Source: the human T2T-CHM13v2.0 reference genome, Homo sapiens
Length of the DNA: 64,000 nt
NCBI RefSeq assembly: GCF_009914755.1
Contig: NC_060932.1
Direction: 5' to 3' (one strand)
Numbering within the stretch: the stretch's first letter is position 1; each line of letters starts with the position of its first letter. Made by a program: the position numbers and the translations under genes. Shown one piece after another: positions 49,365 to 64,000 of the stretch. The notes beneath the pieces are model-generated. The model made no database searches. It saw only the letters and a program-made list of their open reading frames with translations, and was not told where the DNA came from.

Positions 49365-52300
49365 TTTTTTAATTTTAATTTTTTAATCAAAACATAGTAT
49401 TTATCCTTTTCATAGGGTACATCTGATATTTTGTCATGTGCATAGAATATATAATGATCAGGTCAGAGTATTTAGGGTATCCATTACCTTGAGTATTTGT
49501 CATTTTTATGTTTTGGGAACATATCAAATCCTTTCTTCCAACTATTTTGAAATATATAATACATAGTCAACTACAGTCACTCTACTGTGCTACAGAACAT
49601 TAGAACTTATGTCTTCTATATAACTCTATGTCTGGAACCATTAAACAATCTCTGTTCATCTTCTCTTGCACCACACACGCACTTTCTCCAGATTCTGGTA
49701 TCTCTCATACCACTCTCTACCCCCATAAGCTCAAAGATTTAGCTTTCACGGATGAGTGAAAGCATGCAATATTTGTCTATCTTTTCCTGGCTTATTTCAC
49801 TTAAAATATTCCTACAAATAACATGGTTTTATTCTTTTTAAATGGCTGAATAGTATTTCATTGGTGTATGTATATCACACTTTCTTTATCTATTTATCCA
49901 CTGATGGATATCTTGGCTATTGTGAATAGTGCTGCTATTGTGAATAGTGCTGCAATATACACAAGGGTGCAGATATTCCTCTGATGTACTGGTTTTCTTT
50001 TATTTGGATAAATACCCAGTAGTGGGACTGATGGATTGTATAGTAGTTTTATTTTTAGTTTTTTAAAAGAAATCTTTATACTGTTTTTCATAATAGCTGT
50101 ACTAACTTAAATTTCTACCAAGAGTATATGAGTTCTTTTTTTATCTATATCCTCACCAGTATCTACTATTTTTTATCTTTTTAATAATAATCATTCTAAC
50201 AAAATAAAATAATGCAGTGAGATGATAACTCATTGTGGTTCTGATTTGCATTTCCCTAATGATTAGTAATATTGAGCATTTTTTCCATATATCTGCTCGT
50301 CATTTGAACGTCTTTGGAGAAACGTCTATTCGGGTTATTTACTCTGTTTTTAATGGGATTATTTGTATTTTATTTTTGAGTCAACTGAGTTCCTTGTATA
50401 CTCTGGATATTAGTTTATTGTTGGATGAATAGTTTGCAAATATTTTCTCCCATTCAACAGGTGTCTCTTTATTGTGTGGAGTGTTTCCTTCACTGTGCAG
50501 GCGATTTTTAGTTTAATATAGTCCCATTTTTATATTTTTGTTTTTGTTATTTGTGTTTTTGAGGTCTTAGCTATAAAATCTTTGCCCAGACCAATGAGCT
50601 GAAGTGTGTCTTCTATGTTTTTTTCTTTTAGTTTTATAGTGTTGGAACTTACATTTGAGTCTTTATCCCATCTTGAGTTGAAATTTGTATATTGTGGCAG
50701 ATAGGGTTCCAGTTTGATTCATCTGCATATGAATATTCAATTTTCCCAGCACCATTTATTGAAGAAGGATTATTTCCCCAAATGTAAGTTGATTATTTCA
50801 CCCAATGTATGTTTTTGACACATTTGTCAAAACTCAGTTGCCTGTAAATATGTGGATTTATTTCTGTGTTGTCCATTTCTTTCCATTAGTCTAGATGTCT
50901 TTTTTTCTTGTGCCAATACCATACTGTTTGGGTACTATAGTTTTGTAATATATTATGGAGTTCAGTTGTATGATGCCTTCAAGTCTGCTATTTTTGCTCA
51001 GGACTGTTTTGGGTATTCAGGCTCTTTTACCATTTCATACATATTTTAGAATGTTTTTTTTTTAAATTTCAATAAAATATGACATTGATATTTTGATGGA
51101 GATTGCATTGAATCAGTAGATTGCTCTGCATGGTATGGTTATTTTAACAATATTAATTCTCCTGATTCATGAACATGGGATGTCTTTCCATTCTTCTGTG
51201 CCCTCTTCAATTTCCTTCTTCAGTATTTTACAGTTTTCTTTGTAGAGGTCTTCCAAGTCTTTGGTTAAATGTATTCCTAGACTTTTTAATTGTTTTTGTA
51301 GCTATTGTAAATGAGATTGCCGTCTTGATTTCTTCTCAGCTAGCTTATTATTGGTGTGTAGAAATTCTACTGATTTTTGGTATTGATTTTGTATCCTGGA
51401 ACTTTACTAAACTTATTTGTCAAACCTAAAAGATTTTGGTGAAGTGTTTAAGTTTTTCTAGCTATAAGATCACATCATCTGAAACAAAAATATTCAACTG
51501 CTTCTTTTCCAATTTAGATGCCTTTTATTTATTTCTCTTGCCTGAATGTTCTGGCCAGGACTCTCAGTAATATGTTGAACAGGAGGTGAAAGTTGGCATC
51601 CTCATTTTATTTCAGTTCTTTGAGAAAAGGCTTTCAGGTTTTTCTCATTCACTATGTTAATGGTGGGGTTTTCATAGATGGCCTTTATTATGTTGAAGAA
51701 TATTCCTTCTATGCCTAGTTTGTTGAGAGTTTTTATCAAGAAGTGGTGTTGAAGTTTATCAAATGCTTTTTCTATGACTATTGAGATGATCATGTTTTTT
51801 GTTCTTCATTCTGTTGATGTGATGTACCGTGTTTGTTAATTTGTGTGTGTTGAACCATCCTTCCATATTTGGGATGAATCACACTTGATTATGGTGTATC
51901 ATCTTTTTGATGGGCTCCTGGATCAAATTTGCTAGTATTTTGCTGAAGATTTTTGTGTCAATGTTTGTCAGAGATATTAATCTGTAGCTTTCTTTTTTGT
52001 TGCAACTTTGTCTGGTTTTGGTATCAGGGCAATGCTGGCCTCATAGAAAGCATTTGGGAGAATTCCTTCCTTTTCAATTTTTGCAATAGTTTGAGGAAAA
52101 ATGATATTAGTTCTTTGTACATTTGGTAAAATTGAGCAGTGATGTCATCTGGTCCTGGGCACTTTTGTTGGTAGAATTTTTATTACTGATTCAATCTCAT
52201 TGCTTGTTATTGGTACAGTCAGAATTTCAATTTCTCCCTGATTCAAGTTTGGTAGGTTGTGTGTGTCCAGAAATTTGTCCACTTTTTTTTCTTTCTAGTG

Positions 52301-52905
52301 TATTAGTATATAGTTATTCTTAATATCCTCTAGTGATCTGTTGTTTCTCTTTGATATCATTTGTAATGTCTCCTTTTTTGTTTCTAATCTTGTTTATTTG
52401 GGTCTTCTCTGTTTTATTCTTGGTTAGTCTAGCTAGTGATTTATCAATTTTGTTTATCTTTTCAAAAAACTTTTTATTTTGTTAATGCTTTGTATTTTTG
52501 TCTCTATTTTGCTTTTTTCTGCTCCAATCTTTTCTTTTTCTCTACTAATTTTGTGTTTGATTTTTTTCTTGCTTTTCTAGTCCCTTGAGGTGCATCATTA
52601 GAGTGTTTATTTAAGGCCTTTCCACTCTTCTGATGTAGGCATTTATTGCTATAAACTTCAATCTTAACACTGCTTTTACTGTATCGCAAATACTTTGGTA
52701 TGTTATGTTATGATTTTCATTTGTTTTAAGAAATTTTACGATTTCCTTTTTAATTTTTTTCTTGACCCATATATTGTAATTTCCATATTTTTGTGTAGTT
52801 TCCAAAGTTTTTGTGGTCATTAATTTCTATTTTTATTGCATTGTGGTCTGAGAGGATTTTTGATATAATTTTGATATTTAAAAACTTGTTGAGGCTTGTT
52901 ATGTT
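49365..52905 (-). mobile_element. 5'-truncated L1MA3/4-like LINE-1
   Basis: L1MA 3' UTR and antisense ORF2 ([30 protein letters not shown]). Confidence 0.9.
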
Positions 52906-54049
52906 TCAGTAGCTTATTTATGTTGAGAATTTCACTATTTTATGAGCCAAAATCTGTTCAAACTCACTCTTGAATAGTAAAACTCAAGCTCTAACCAAAT
53001 AAATAAACAAATACATAAATGAATACATATCCAGGTGGCTTTTATGAAAATTCTCTTGCTCTAATTCGGTTGTAATTTTCACCATTACTTACATGTTTAC
53101 GTAGTTTGCTTTAATACATTATATTTTTTTCTTAAATGTGTCATGCAGATTTCTAATTAAAATAGAACTTTATGAAGTTAGACTTTAAAAACAAATGATA
53201 ATATTCTTAGATTTAATAATTCTAGTTTAATTATTTGAAATTGCGTTATTATTTGGGATAATTTTTAACTATCAAAATGATTTACTATGCTGAATTATTA
53301 GATCTAATGAATGAGAATTACCAAGAATAAAACAATTACAAAACTGTGTTTGCCACTACTTTTTTTCCTCTGGGATCCTCATAGTTGTTGAACCAATACT
53401 TATTTCTCACCTGCAATTACTCCCCTACACAGAAATAATTGCTGACATTTGTAGACATAGTAGTTTCAGCTGATTCTCAGAATTCAGATTCCAGATCTTA
53501 ACAGATCACATCAGATTCTAAATCAAATACATTAAACTCTGTTAATGATGCTTTAATGAATAGTCTTTTGGCACAGTGATTATTTGATTAGTCTATTCTT
53601 GCATTGCTATAAAGAAATGCCTGAGACTAGGTAATTTGTAAAGAAAAGCATTTAATTGGCTCATGGTTGTGTAGGTTGTACAGGAAATATAGCAGCTTCT
53701 GCTTCTGAGGAGGCCTCAGGAAGCTTCCAATCATGGCAGAAGGCAAAGGAGGAGCAAGACATTTCACATGGTGGGAGTAGGAACAAGAGAGAGAGTGGGG
53801 GGATGCCATACACTTTTTAAAAATTATTATTATACATCAAGTTCCGGGATACATGTGCAGAACATACAGGTTTGTTACATAGGTATACATGTGCCATGGT
53901 GGTTCACTGCACCCATCAACCCAATATCTAGGTTTTAAGCCCCACATGAATTAGGTATTTCTCCTAATGCTCTCCCTCCCCTTGCCCCACACCCCACGAC
54001 AGGCCCTGGTGTGTGATGTTCCCTCCCTGTGTCCATGTGTTCTCATTGT

Positions 54050-57000
54050 TCAACTCCCACTTTCTGAGTGAGAACATGCAGTGTTTGGTTTTTTGTTCCT
54101 GTGTTAGTTTGCTGAGAATGATGGTTTCAAGCTTCATCTGTGTCCCCCAGCAAAGGACATGAACTCATTCTTTTTTATGGCTGCATCGTATTCCATGGTG
54201 TATATGTGCCATATATTCTTTATCCAGGCTATCACTGATGGGTATTTGGGTTGGTTCCAAGTCTTTGCTATTTTGAATAGTGCTGCAATAAACATATGTG
54301 TGTATGTGTCTTTATGATAGAATGATTTATAATCCTTTGACTATATACCCAGTAATGGGATTGCTGGGTCAAATGGTATTTGACCCAGGTTCTAGATCCT
54401 TGAGGAACTGCCACACCGACTTCCACAATGGTTGAACTAGATTACAGTCCCACCAACAGTGTAAAAGTGTCCCTATTTCTCCACATCCTCTCCAGCATAT
54501 GTTGTTTCCTGACTTTTAATGATCGCCATTCTAACTGGCATGAGATGGTACCTCATTATGGTTTTGATTTGCATTTCTCTAATGACTAGTAATGATGAGA
54601 TTTTTTCATATGTTTGTTGACCACATAAATGTCTTCTTTTGAGAAGTGTCTGTTCATATCCTTCACCCACTTTTTGATAGGGTTGTTTGTTTCTTTGTAA
54701 ATTTGTTTAAGTTCCTTGTAGATTCTGGATATTAGACCTTTGTCATATGGATATATTGCAAACATTTTCTCCTGCTTGGTAGGTGCCCTATTCACTCTGA
54801 TGATAATTTCCTTTGCTGAGCAGAAATTCTTCAGTTTAATTAGATCCCATTTGTCTATTTTGGCTTTTGTTGCAATTGTTTTTGGTGTTTTAGTCATGAA
54901 GTCTTTGCCCATGCCTATGTCCTGAATGGTATTACCTAGGTTTTCTTCTAGAGTTTTTAGGGTTTTAGGTTTTATGTTTAAGTCTTTAATCCATCTTGAG
55001 TTAATTTTTGTATAATGTGTAAGGAAGGGGTCCAGTTTCAGTTTTCTGCATATAGCTAGCCAGTTTTCTCAACACCATTTATTAAATAGGGAATCGATTA
55101 CCCATTGCTTGTTTTTGCCAGGTTTGTGGAAGATCAGATGGTTGTAGATGTGTGGCATTATTTCTGAGGCCTCTGTTCTCTTCCATTGGTCTGTATACTT
55201 GCTTTGGTACCAGTATCATGCTGTTTTCGTTACTGTAGCCATGTAGTATAGTTTGAAGTCAAGTAGCATGATGCCTCCAGCTTTGTTCTTTTTGCTTAGG
55301 ATTGTCTTGGCTATATGGGCTCTTTTTGGTTCTGTATGAAATTTAAAGTAGTTTTTTTCTAGTTCTTTGAAGAAAGTCAATGGTAGCTTGATGGGAATAG
55401 CATTGAATCTATGAATTACTTTGGGCAGTATGGCCATTTTCACGATATTGATTCTTCCTATCCATGAGCATGGAATTTTTTTCCATTTGTTTGCATCCTC
55501 TCGTATTTCCTAGAACAGTGGTTTCTAATTCTCTTTGAAGAGGTCCTTCATATCCTTTGTAAGTTGTATTCCTAGGTATTTTATTTTCTTTGTAGTAATT
55601 GTGAACGGGAGTTTACTTATGATTTGGCTCTCTGTTTGTCTATTATTGGTATATAGGAATGCTTGTGATTTTTGCACATTGATTTTGTATACTGGGACTT
55701 TGCTAAAGTTGCTTATCAGCTTAAGGAATTTTGGGGCTGATACGACTGGCTTTTCTAAATATGCAATCATGTCATCTGCAAACAGAGACAATTTGACTTT
55801 CTCGTTTCCTATTTGAATACCCTTTATTTCTTTCTCTTGCCTAATTTCCCTGGCCAAAACTTTCCATACTATGTTGAATGGGAGTGGTGAGAGAGGGCGT
55901 ATTTGTCTTGTGCCAGTTTTCAAAGGGAATGCTTCCAGCTTTTGCCCGTTCAGTATGATATTGGCTTTGGGTTTGTCATAAATACCTCTTATTATTTTGA
56001 GATACGTTCCATCAATGCTTAGTTTATTGAGTGTTTTTAGCATGAAGGGGTGTTGAATTTTACCAGAGGCCTTTTCTGCATCTATTGAGATAATCATGTG
56101 GTTTTTGTCACTGGTTCTGTTTATGTGATGAATTATGTTTATTGATTTGTGTATGTTGAATCAGCCTTGCATCCATGGATGAAGCCAAACTGATTGTGGT
56201 GGATAAGCTTTTTGATGTGCTGCTGGATTTGGTTTGCCAGTATTTTATTGAGGATTTTTACATCGGTGTTCATCAGGGATACTGGCCTGAAATTTTCTTT
56301 TTTTGATGTGTCTCTGCCAGGTTTTCATATCAGGATGATGCTGGCACTGTAAAATGAGTTAGGGACGAATCCCTTTTTTTCTATTGTTTGGAATAGTTTC
56401 AGAAGGAAAGGTATTAGCTCCCCTTTGTACCTCTGATAGAATTTGGCTATGAATCCGTCTGTTCCTTGACTTTTTTTGGTTAGTAGGCTAATAATTACTG
56501 TCTCAATTTCAGAGCTTGTTATTGGTCTATTCAGGGATTTGACTTCTTCCTGTTTTAGCCTTGGGAGGGTGTAGGAATTCATCCAGGAGTTCATCCATTT
56601 CTTCTAGATTTTCTAGTTTATTTGCTTAGAGGTGTTTATAGTATTCTCTGATGGTAGTTTGTATTTCTGTGGGATAAGTGGTGATCTCCCCTTTATCATC
56701 TTTTATTGTGTCTATTTGATTCTTCTCTCTTTTATTCTTTGTTCATCTGGCTAGCAGTCTATCCATTTTGTTAATCTTTTCAAAAAATCAATTCCTGGAT
56801 TTTTTGACTTTTTGAAGGGTTTTTATGTCTCTAGCTCCTTCAACTCTGTTCTGATCTTAGTTATTTCTTGTCTTCTGCTAGCTTTTGAATTTGTTTGCTC
56901 TTGCTTCTCTAGTTCTTTTAATTGTGATGTTAGGGTGTCGACTTTAGATTTTCCCCCTGTTGGATGTGGCCATTTAGTGCTATAAATTCCCACTGCTTCA

Positions 57001-57880
57001 ACTGTGTCCCAGAGATACTGGTACGCTATGTTTTTGTTCTCATTGGTTTCAAAGAACTTATTTATTTCTGCCTTAATTTCGTTATTTACCCAGTAGTCAT
57101 TCAGGAGCAGGTTGTTCAGTTTCCATGTAGTTGTGCAGTTTTGAATGAGTTTCTTAATCTGAGTTCTAATTTGATGGCACTGTATAGTCTGAGAGACTGT
57201 TTGTTATGATTTGTGTTGTTTTGCCTTTGCTGAGGAGTGTTTTACTTCCAATTATGTGGTCGATTTTATAATAAGTGCTATGTGGTGCTGAGAAGAATGT
57301 GTATTCTGTTGATTTGGGGTGGACAGTTCTGTAGATGTCTGTTAGGTCCACTTGGTCCAGAGCTGAGTTCAAGTCCTGAATATCCTTGTTAATTTTTTGT
57401 CTCATTGATCTCTGTAATATTGACAGTGAGATGTTAAAGTATTCCACTATTATTGTGTGGGAGTCTAAGTCTTTTTGTAGGTCTCTAAGGATGTGTTTTA
57501 TGAATCTGGGTGCTCCTGTATTGGGTGCATATATATTTAGGATAGTTAGCCCTTCTTGTTACATTGATCCCTTTAACATTATGTAATGCCCTTCTTTGTC
57601 TTTTGATCTTTGTTGGTTTAAAGTCTGTTTTATCAGAGACTAGGATTGCAACCATTTTTTTTTTTTTTTTTTTGCTTTCCATTTGCTTGGTAAATATTCC
57701 TCTCCATCCCTTTATTTTGAGCCTATGTGTGTCTTTGCACGTGAGATGGGTCTTCTGAATACAGCACACTGATGGATCTTGACTCTTTATCCAATTTGCC
57801 AGTCTGTGTCTTTTAATTGGGGCATTTAACCCATTTACATTTAAAGTTAATATTGTTTTGTGTAAATTTCATTCTGTCAT
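54050..57880 (-). pseudogene. Disrupted L1 ORF2 (endonuclease/reverse transcriptase)
   Basis: Fragments include YTFFSAPHSTYYKIDH and [10 protein letters not shown]; many stops and frameshifts. Confidence 0.92.
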
Positions 57881-57893
57881 GATGCCAGCTGCT

Positions 57894-58964
57894 TATTTTG
57901 CACATTAGTTGATGCAGTTTCTTCATAGTGTTGTGGCTCATTATATTTTGGTATGTTCTTGCAGTGGCTAGTACCAGTTTTTCCTTTCCATATTTAGTGC
58001 TTCCTTCAGGAGCTCTTGTCAGGCAGGCCTGGTGGTGACAAAATCCCTCATCATTTACTTGTTTGTAAATGATTTTATTTCTCCTTCCCTTTTGAAGCTT
58101 AGTTTGAGTGGATATGAAATTCTGGATTGAAAATTCTTTTTGTTAAGACTGTTGAATATTGGCCCCCACTGTCTTCTGGCTTGTAGGGTTTCTGCAGAGA
58201 CATCTACTGTTAGTCTGATGGGCTTCCCTTTGTAGGTAACCTGACCTTTCTCTCTGGCTGCCCTTAACATATTTTCCTTCGTTTCAACCTTTGGTGAATC
58301 TCACTATTATGTGTGTAGGGGTTGCTCTTCTCGAGCAGTATCTTTGTGGTGTTCTCTGTATTTCCTGAATTTGAATGTTGGCCTGTCTTGCTAGGTTGGG
58401 GAAGTTCTCCTGGATAATATCCTGAAGTGTGTTTTCCAACTTGGTTCCATTCTCCCCATCACTTTTGGGCACACCAATCAATTGTAGGTTTGGTCTTTTC
58501 CATAGTCCCATATTTCTTGGAGGCTTTGTTTGTTCCTCTTCATGCTTTTTTCTCTAATCTTGTCTTCACACTTTATTTCACTAAGTTGATCTTCAATCTC
58601 TGATATCTTTTCTTCCATTAGATCTATTCGGCTATTGATACTTGTGTATGGTTCATGAAGTTCTCGTGCTGTGTTTTTCAGCTACATCAGGTCATTTATG
58701 TTCTTCTCTAAACTGATTATTCTAATTAGCAGTACCTGTAACCTTTTATCAAGGTTCTTAACTTCCTTGCATTGGGTTAGAGCATGCTCCTTTAGCTCAG
58801 AGGAGTTTGTTATTATCCACCTTCTGAAGCCTACTTCTGTCAATTCATCAAACTTATTCCCCATCCAGTTTTGTGCCCTTGCTGGAGAGGAGCTACGATT
58901 ATTTGGAGGAGAAGAGGCATTTTGGTTTTGAGAATTTTCAGCCTTTTTACAGTTTTTTCCTCAT
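57894..58964 (-). pseudogene. Disrupted L1 ORF1
   Basis: Fragments KRPNLQLIGVP...QENFPNLARQ and MLRAAREKGQVTYKGKPIRLT lie in separate ORFs. Confidence 0.9.
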
Positions 58965-61479
58965 CTTCGTGGATTTTTCTACCTTTGATTTTTGATGCTA
59001 ATGACCTTTGGATGGGGTTTTTGTGTGGGGGTTCTATTTGTTGATGTTGATGTTATTGTTTTCTGTTAGTTTTAATTGTAACAGTCAGGCCTCTCTTCTG
59101 CAGATCTGCTGGAGTTTGCTGGAGGTCCACTCCAGAGCCTGTTTGCCTGGGCATCACCAGCAGAGGCTGCAGAACAGCAAAGATTGCTACCTGCTCCTTC
59201 CTCTAGAAGCTTCATCCCAGAGGGACACCCATCTGATGCCAGCCGGAGCTCTCTTCTATGAGGTGTCTGTCAACCCCTGCTGGGAGGTATCTCCCAGTCA
59301 GGAGGCATGGGGGTCAGGGATCCACTTGAGGAGGCAGTCTGTCCCTTAGCAGAGCTTGAGCACTGTGCTGGGAGATCCGCTGCTGTCTTCAGAGCCAGAA
59401 GGGAGGAATATTTAAGCCTGCCAAAACTACGCCCACAGTCGCCCCTTCCCCTCAGTGCTCTGTCACAGGGAGATGGGAGTTTTATCTATAAGCCCCTGAA
59501 TGGGGATGCTGCCCTTCTTTCAGAGATGCCCTGCCCAGTGAGGAGGAATCTAGAGAGGTAGTCTGGCCACAGCCGCTTTGCTGCACTGCAGTGAGTTCTG
59601 CACAGTCCAAACTTCCTGGTGGCTTCCTTAACACTGTGAGGGAAAACTGACTATTTAAGCTTCAGTAATGGTGGATGCCCTTCCCCCACCAAGCTCAATC
59701 ATCCCAGGCTGACTTCAGACTGCTGTGCTGGCAGCAAGAATTTCAAGCCAGTGGTTCTTAGCTTGCTGGGCTCCGTGGGAGTGGGACCCACTGAGGGAGA
59801 CCACTTGGCTCCCTGGCTTTAGCCCCCTTTCCAGGGAAGCGAATGGTTCTGTCTCGCTAGGGTTCCAGGTACCACTGGGGTAGGAAAAAAAGACTTCTGG
59901 AAAAAAAGACTTCTGCAGCTAGCTTAATGTCTGCCCAAACAGCTGCCTAGTTTTGTGCTTAAAACCCAGGACCCTGATGGTGTAGGCACACAAGGAAATC
60001 TTCTGGTCTGCGGGTTGCAAAAACCATGGGAAAAGTGTAGTATCTGGGCTAGATAGCACAGTTGCTCATGGCACACTTCCTCACAGCTTCCCTTGGCTAG
60101 AGGACGGATTTCCCCAACCCCTTGCACTTCCTGGGTGAGTCGATGCCCCATCCTGCTTCTGCTCACCTTCCGTGGGCTGCACCCACTGTCTAACCAGTCC
60201 CAGTGAGATGAACTGGGTACCTCAGTTGGAAATGCAGAAATCACCTGCCGTCTGTGTTGGTCTCACTGGGATCTGCAGACCGGAGCTATTCCTATTCGGC
60301 CATTTTGCCAGATGCTCCCAAAGCCATACACTTTTAAATGATCAGATCTCATGAGGACTCACTCACTATCATGAGAACAGCACCAAAGGGATGGTGTTAA
60401 ACCATTCTTGAGAAAGCCACCCCATGATCCAATCATTTCTTACCAGACCCTATCTCCAACACTGGGGACTACAATTAGACATGAGTTTGGGTGGGCACAC
60501 AGATCCAAACCATATCAATGATAAACAGAGCTTGTTAAGGGTAACTCATACTCATGTGCTTTAGCCTTCTTTCCCCCTGTTGATAACTTCTTGGACTCTG
60601 AGGTTTGATTCTTTGTCCTTTCTTCTGCAGACCCTACCTTACAACCTGTCAGTTGACTTAAAGACATTTTTTTGCATCCTGTTGTTCATCAATGCACATA
60701 TTTTACTTGCTGTATAGACCATTTAGTCATCATCTCACATGCAGTACTGTGAACAGGAACATCTTTCTTCGATCTACTTTTAGGCAAATTCTTCTAGGGG
60801 CTGGAAAGAGGCTTCTTTGCAATGGAAAGAATTTCAAACAACCTATTTATCAGTTGTTAATGAAGTGTTCTAGGACAACAAAAAAGAGTTTTGAGCTGTA
60901 GTGGTGGCCCTATTTTATCAGTCTTCCTAGTATTGTAAATCAGATTTAATGCTAACATCCAGATCTATCTAAAGCCTTAAAATTCTATTTTCACAAGATC
61001 CTCTGGCTATATGGGTTACTATTCTTGCCCCTCAGGCAGGTACTGATTTTTTTTTTTTACATATTACTGTTGCTCGTAACCCATTGTCCACTAAATCCAA
61101 TAAGTATAAAAAATTGTGAATGAGGCTGAAAAATAAAGACGTTATTCAAAATAATCTTGTGCCTAGATAATAATTTTATCAATTTGGAAAATGGGAAAAC
61201 ATATTTGTGGGAGGAATAGTACCCTGGGTTACACCATTTCAAAGTATTGTTTTCTAAGGTAGAATGCAACCAGAAGATGTTCTGAGAAAATCCTCCTAAT
61301 TAAGTACTTCTCAGACTTGTAATGAGAAATCCTTTAGATAATCAGACTGACGACTTAAAGGAAATTTTGTTTTGATATTGTGTTTTTTTTTATAATGACA
61401 TAAGATGGATTTGTATTTAGAATAAATGTTTTACTATGGTAAGGTGAAGGATAGTTAGGTCTATTATATAATAATATAT

Positions 61480-63350
<1,871 letters not shown>

Positions 63351-63671
63351 ACCTCAGTTCATTCTGTTCTGCTATAACTGAATACTTGAGAGGCTGGGTA
63401 ATGTATAATAAACAGACATTTATTTTCTAACAGTTTTAAAGACTGGGACATGCAAGATCAAGGCACCAGTATCTGGCAAGGGCCTTCTTGCTGTGTGGGC
63501 AAAGGGGGAAGGGGACCCAACTCCCCTTTTTATAACAGTATGAATTCTACTCATGAGGTTGGAGCCCTCATGGCCATGTAACCTCTTGAAAGTTTCACCT
63601 CTTAATGCTATTATAATGTCAATTAAATTTTAACATGAGTTTTGGAGGAGAGAAACATTCAAACCATAGCA
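63351..63671 (-). mobile_element. MSTD-like MaLR LTR
   Basis: GCTATAACTGAATAC...CATGAGTTTTGGAGGAGAGAAACATTCAAACCATAGCA. Confidence 0.85.
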
Positions 63672-64000
63672 CCTTTCCACTGTTATTTTGAATAGTATCA
63701 AAATAGATCCAACGCTAGAGCAGTGCCTCCATCCAGGGACTCCCTCCCCACCTCCTTAGAATTCCTTTCTTTCTGGGTGAAGTGGTGATGAAAGGAAAAA
63801 CAAAACAAAACAAAATATAATATTAAATGTATGTATTCAACCTAAATATTTCTTAAATACAATTAAAACTAAAGTAACTTGAGACATATTCACAGCATGT
63901 CCATGTTACTTTTAAAAGCCCTCAACCATCTCTAAAACACCAGAAATGTGAAGCTCCCAGGAACAGATCCAAATCCTGAACTCTCTAAAGCTAGTGATTT

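Larger units (their letters stand above)
53818..60322 (-). mobile_element. Full-length L1PA8-like LINE-1 (inactive)
   Basis: 5' end CTGGCAAAATGGCCGAATAGGAATAGCTCCGG; 3' UTR with TCTAGGTTTTAAGCCCC; 13-bp TSD GCCATACACTTTT at 53805-53817 and 60323-60335, at a TTTT/AA site. Confidence 0.95.
53581..60517 (-). mobile_element. MSTA/B solo LTR split by L1PA8 (pieces 53581-53817 and 60336-60517)
   Basis: CTTGCATTGCTATAAAGAAATGCCTGAGAC at the left; CAGATCCAAACCATATCA at the right; probable TSD GTGAT/ATGAT. Confidence 0.9.

Noticed and set aside
53818-60322. Retrotransposition-competent L1
   Set aside because: Both ORFs carry many stops and frameshifts.

Overview
AT-rich primate nuclear DNA with no recognisable protein-coding gene, RNA gene or CpG island. 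Most of the window is decayed retrotransposons: a 5'-truncated L1PA7-like copy, full-length L1PA16-like (+) and L1PA8-like (-) copies, several L1MA/MC/ME and HAL1 pieces, a two-LTR MSTA MaLR element, solo LTRs (THE1, MLT1A, MLT1B, MER11, LTR12, MER39-like, MST), eight near-complete Alus plus one fragment, MIR/L2 remnants and microsatellites. Many have readable target-site duplications (TSDs). Every ORF I could assign is an L1 ORF1/ORF2 or MaLR remnant, or an Alu/low-complexity artefact. I find no support for a new multi-gene system. The best leads are: (1) a ~700-bp templated insertion in L1PA16 ORF1, with direct and inverted copies of local sequence and a perfect fold-back hairpin, plus several smaller template-switch scars elsewhere; (2) ~155 bp of foreign sequence inside the L1PA16 TSD, a possible 5' transduction; (3) a young AluY whose substitutions suggest a non-human ape, possibly gibbon; (4) a CTCF-like site with an upstream module; (5) a possible LTR12-to-MER11 minus-strand transcription unit. 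Subfamily names come from remembered consensus sequences, and boundaries of old repeats are approximate.
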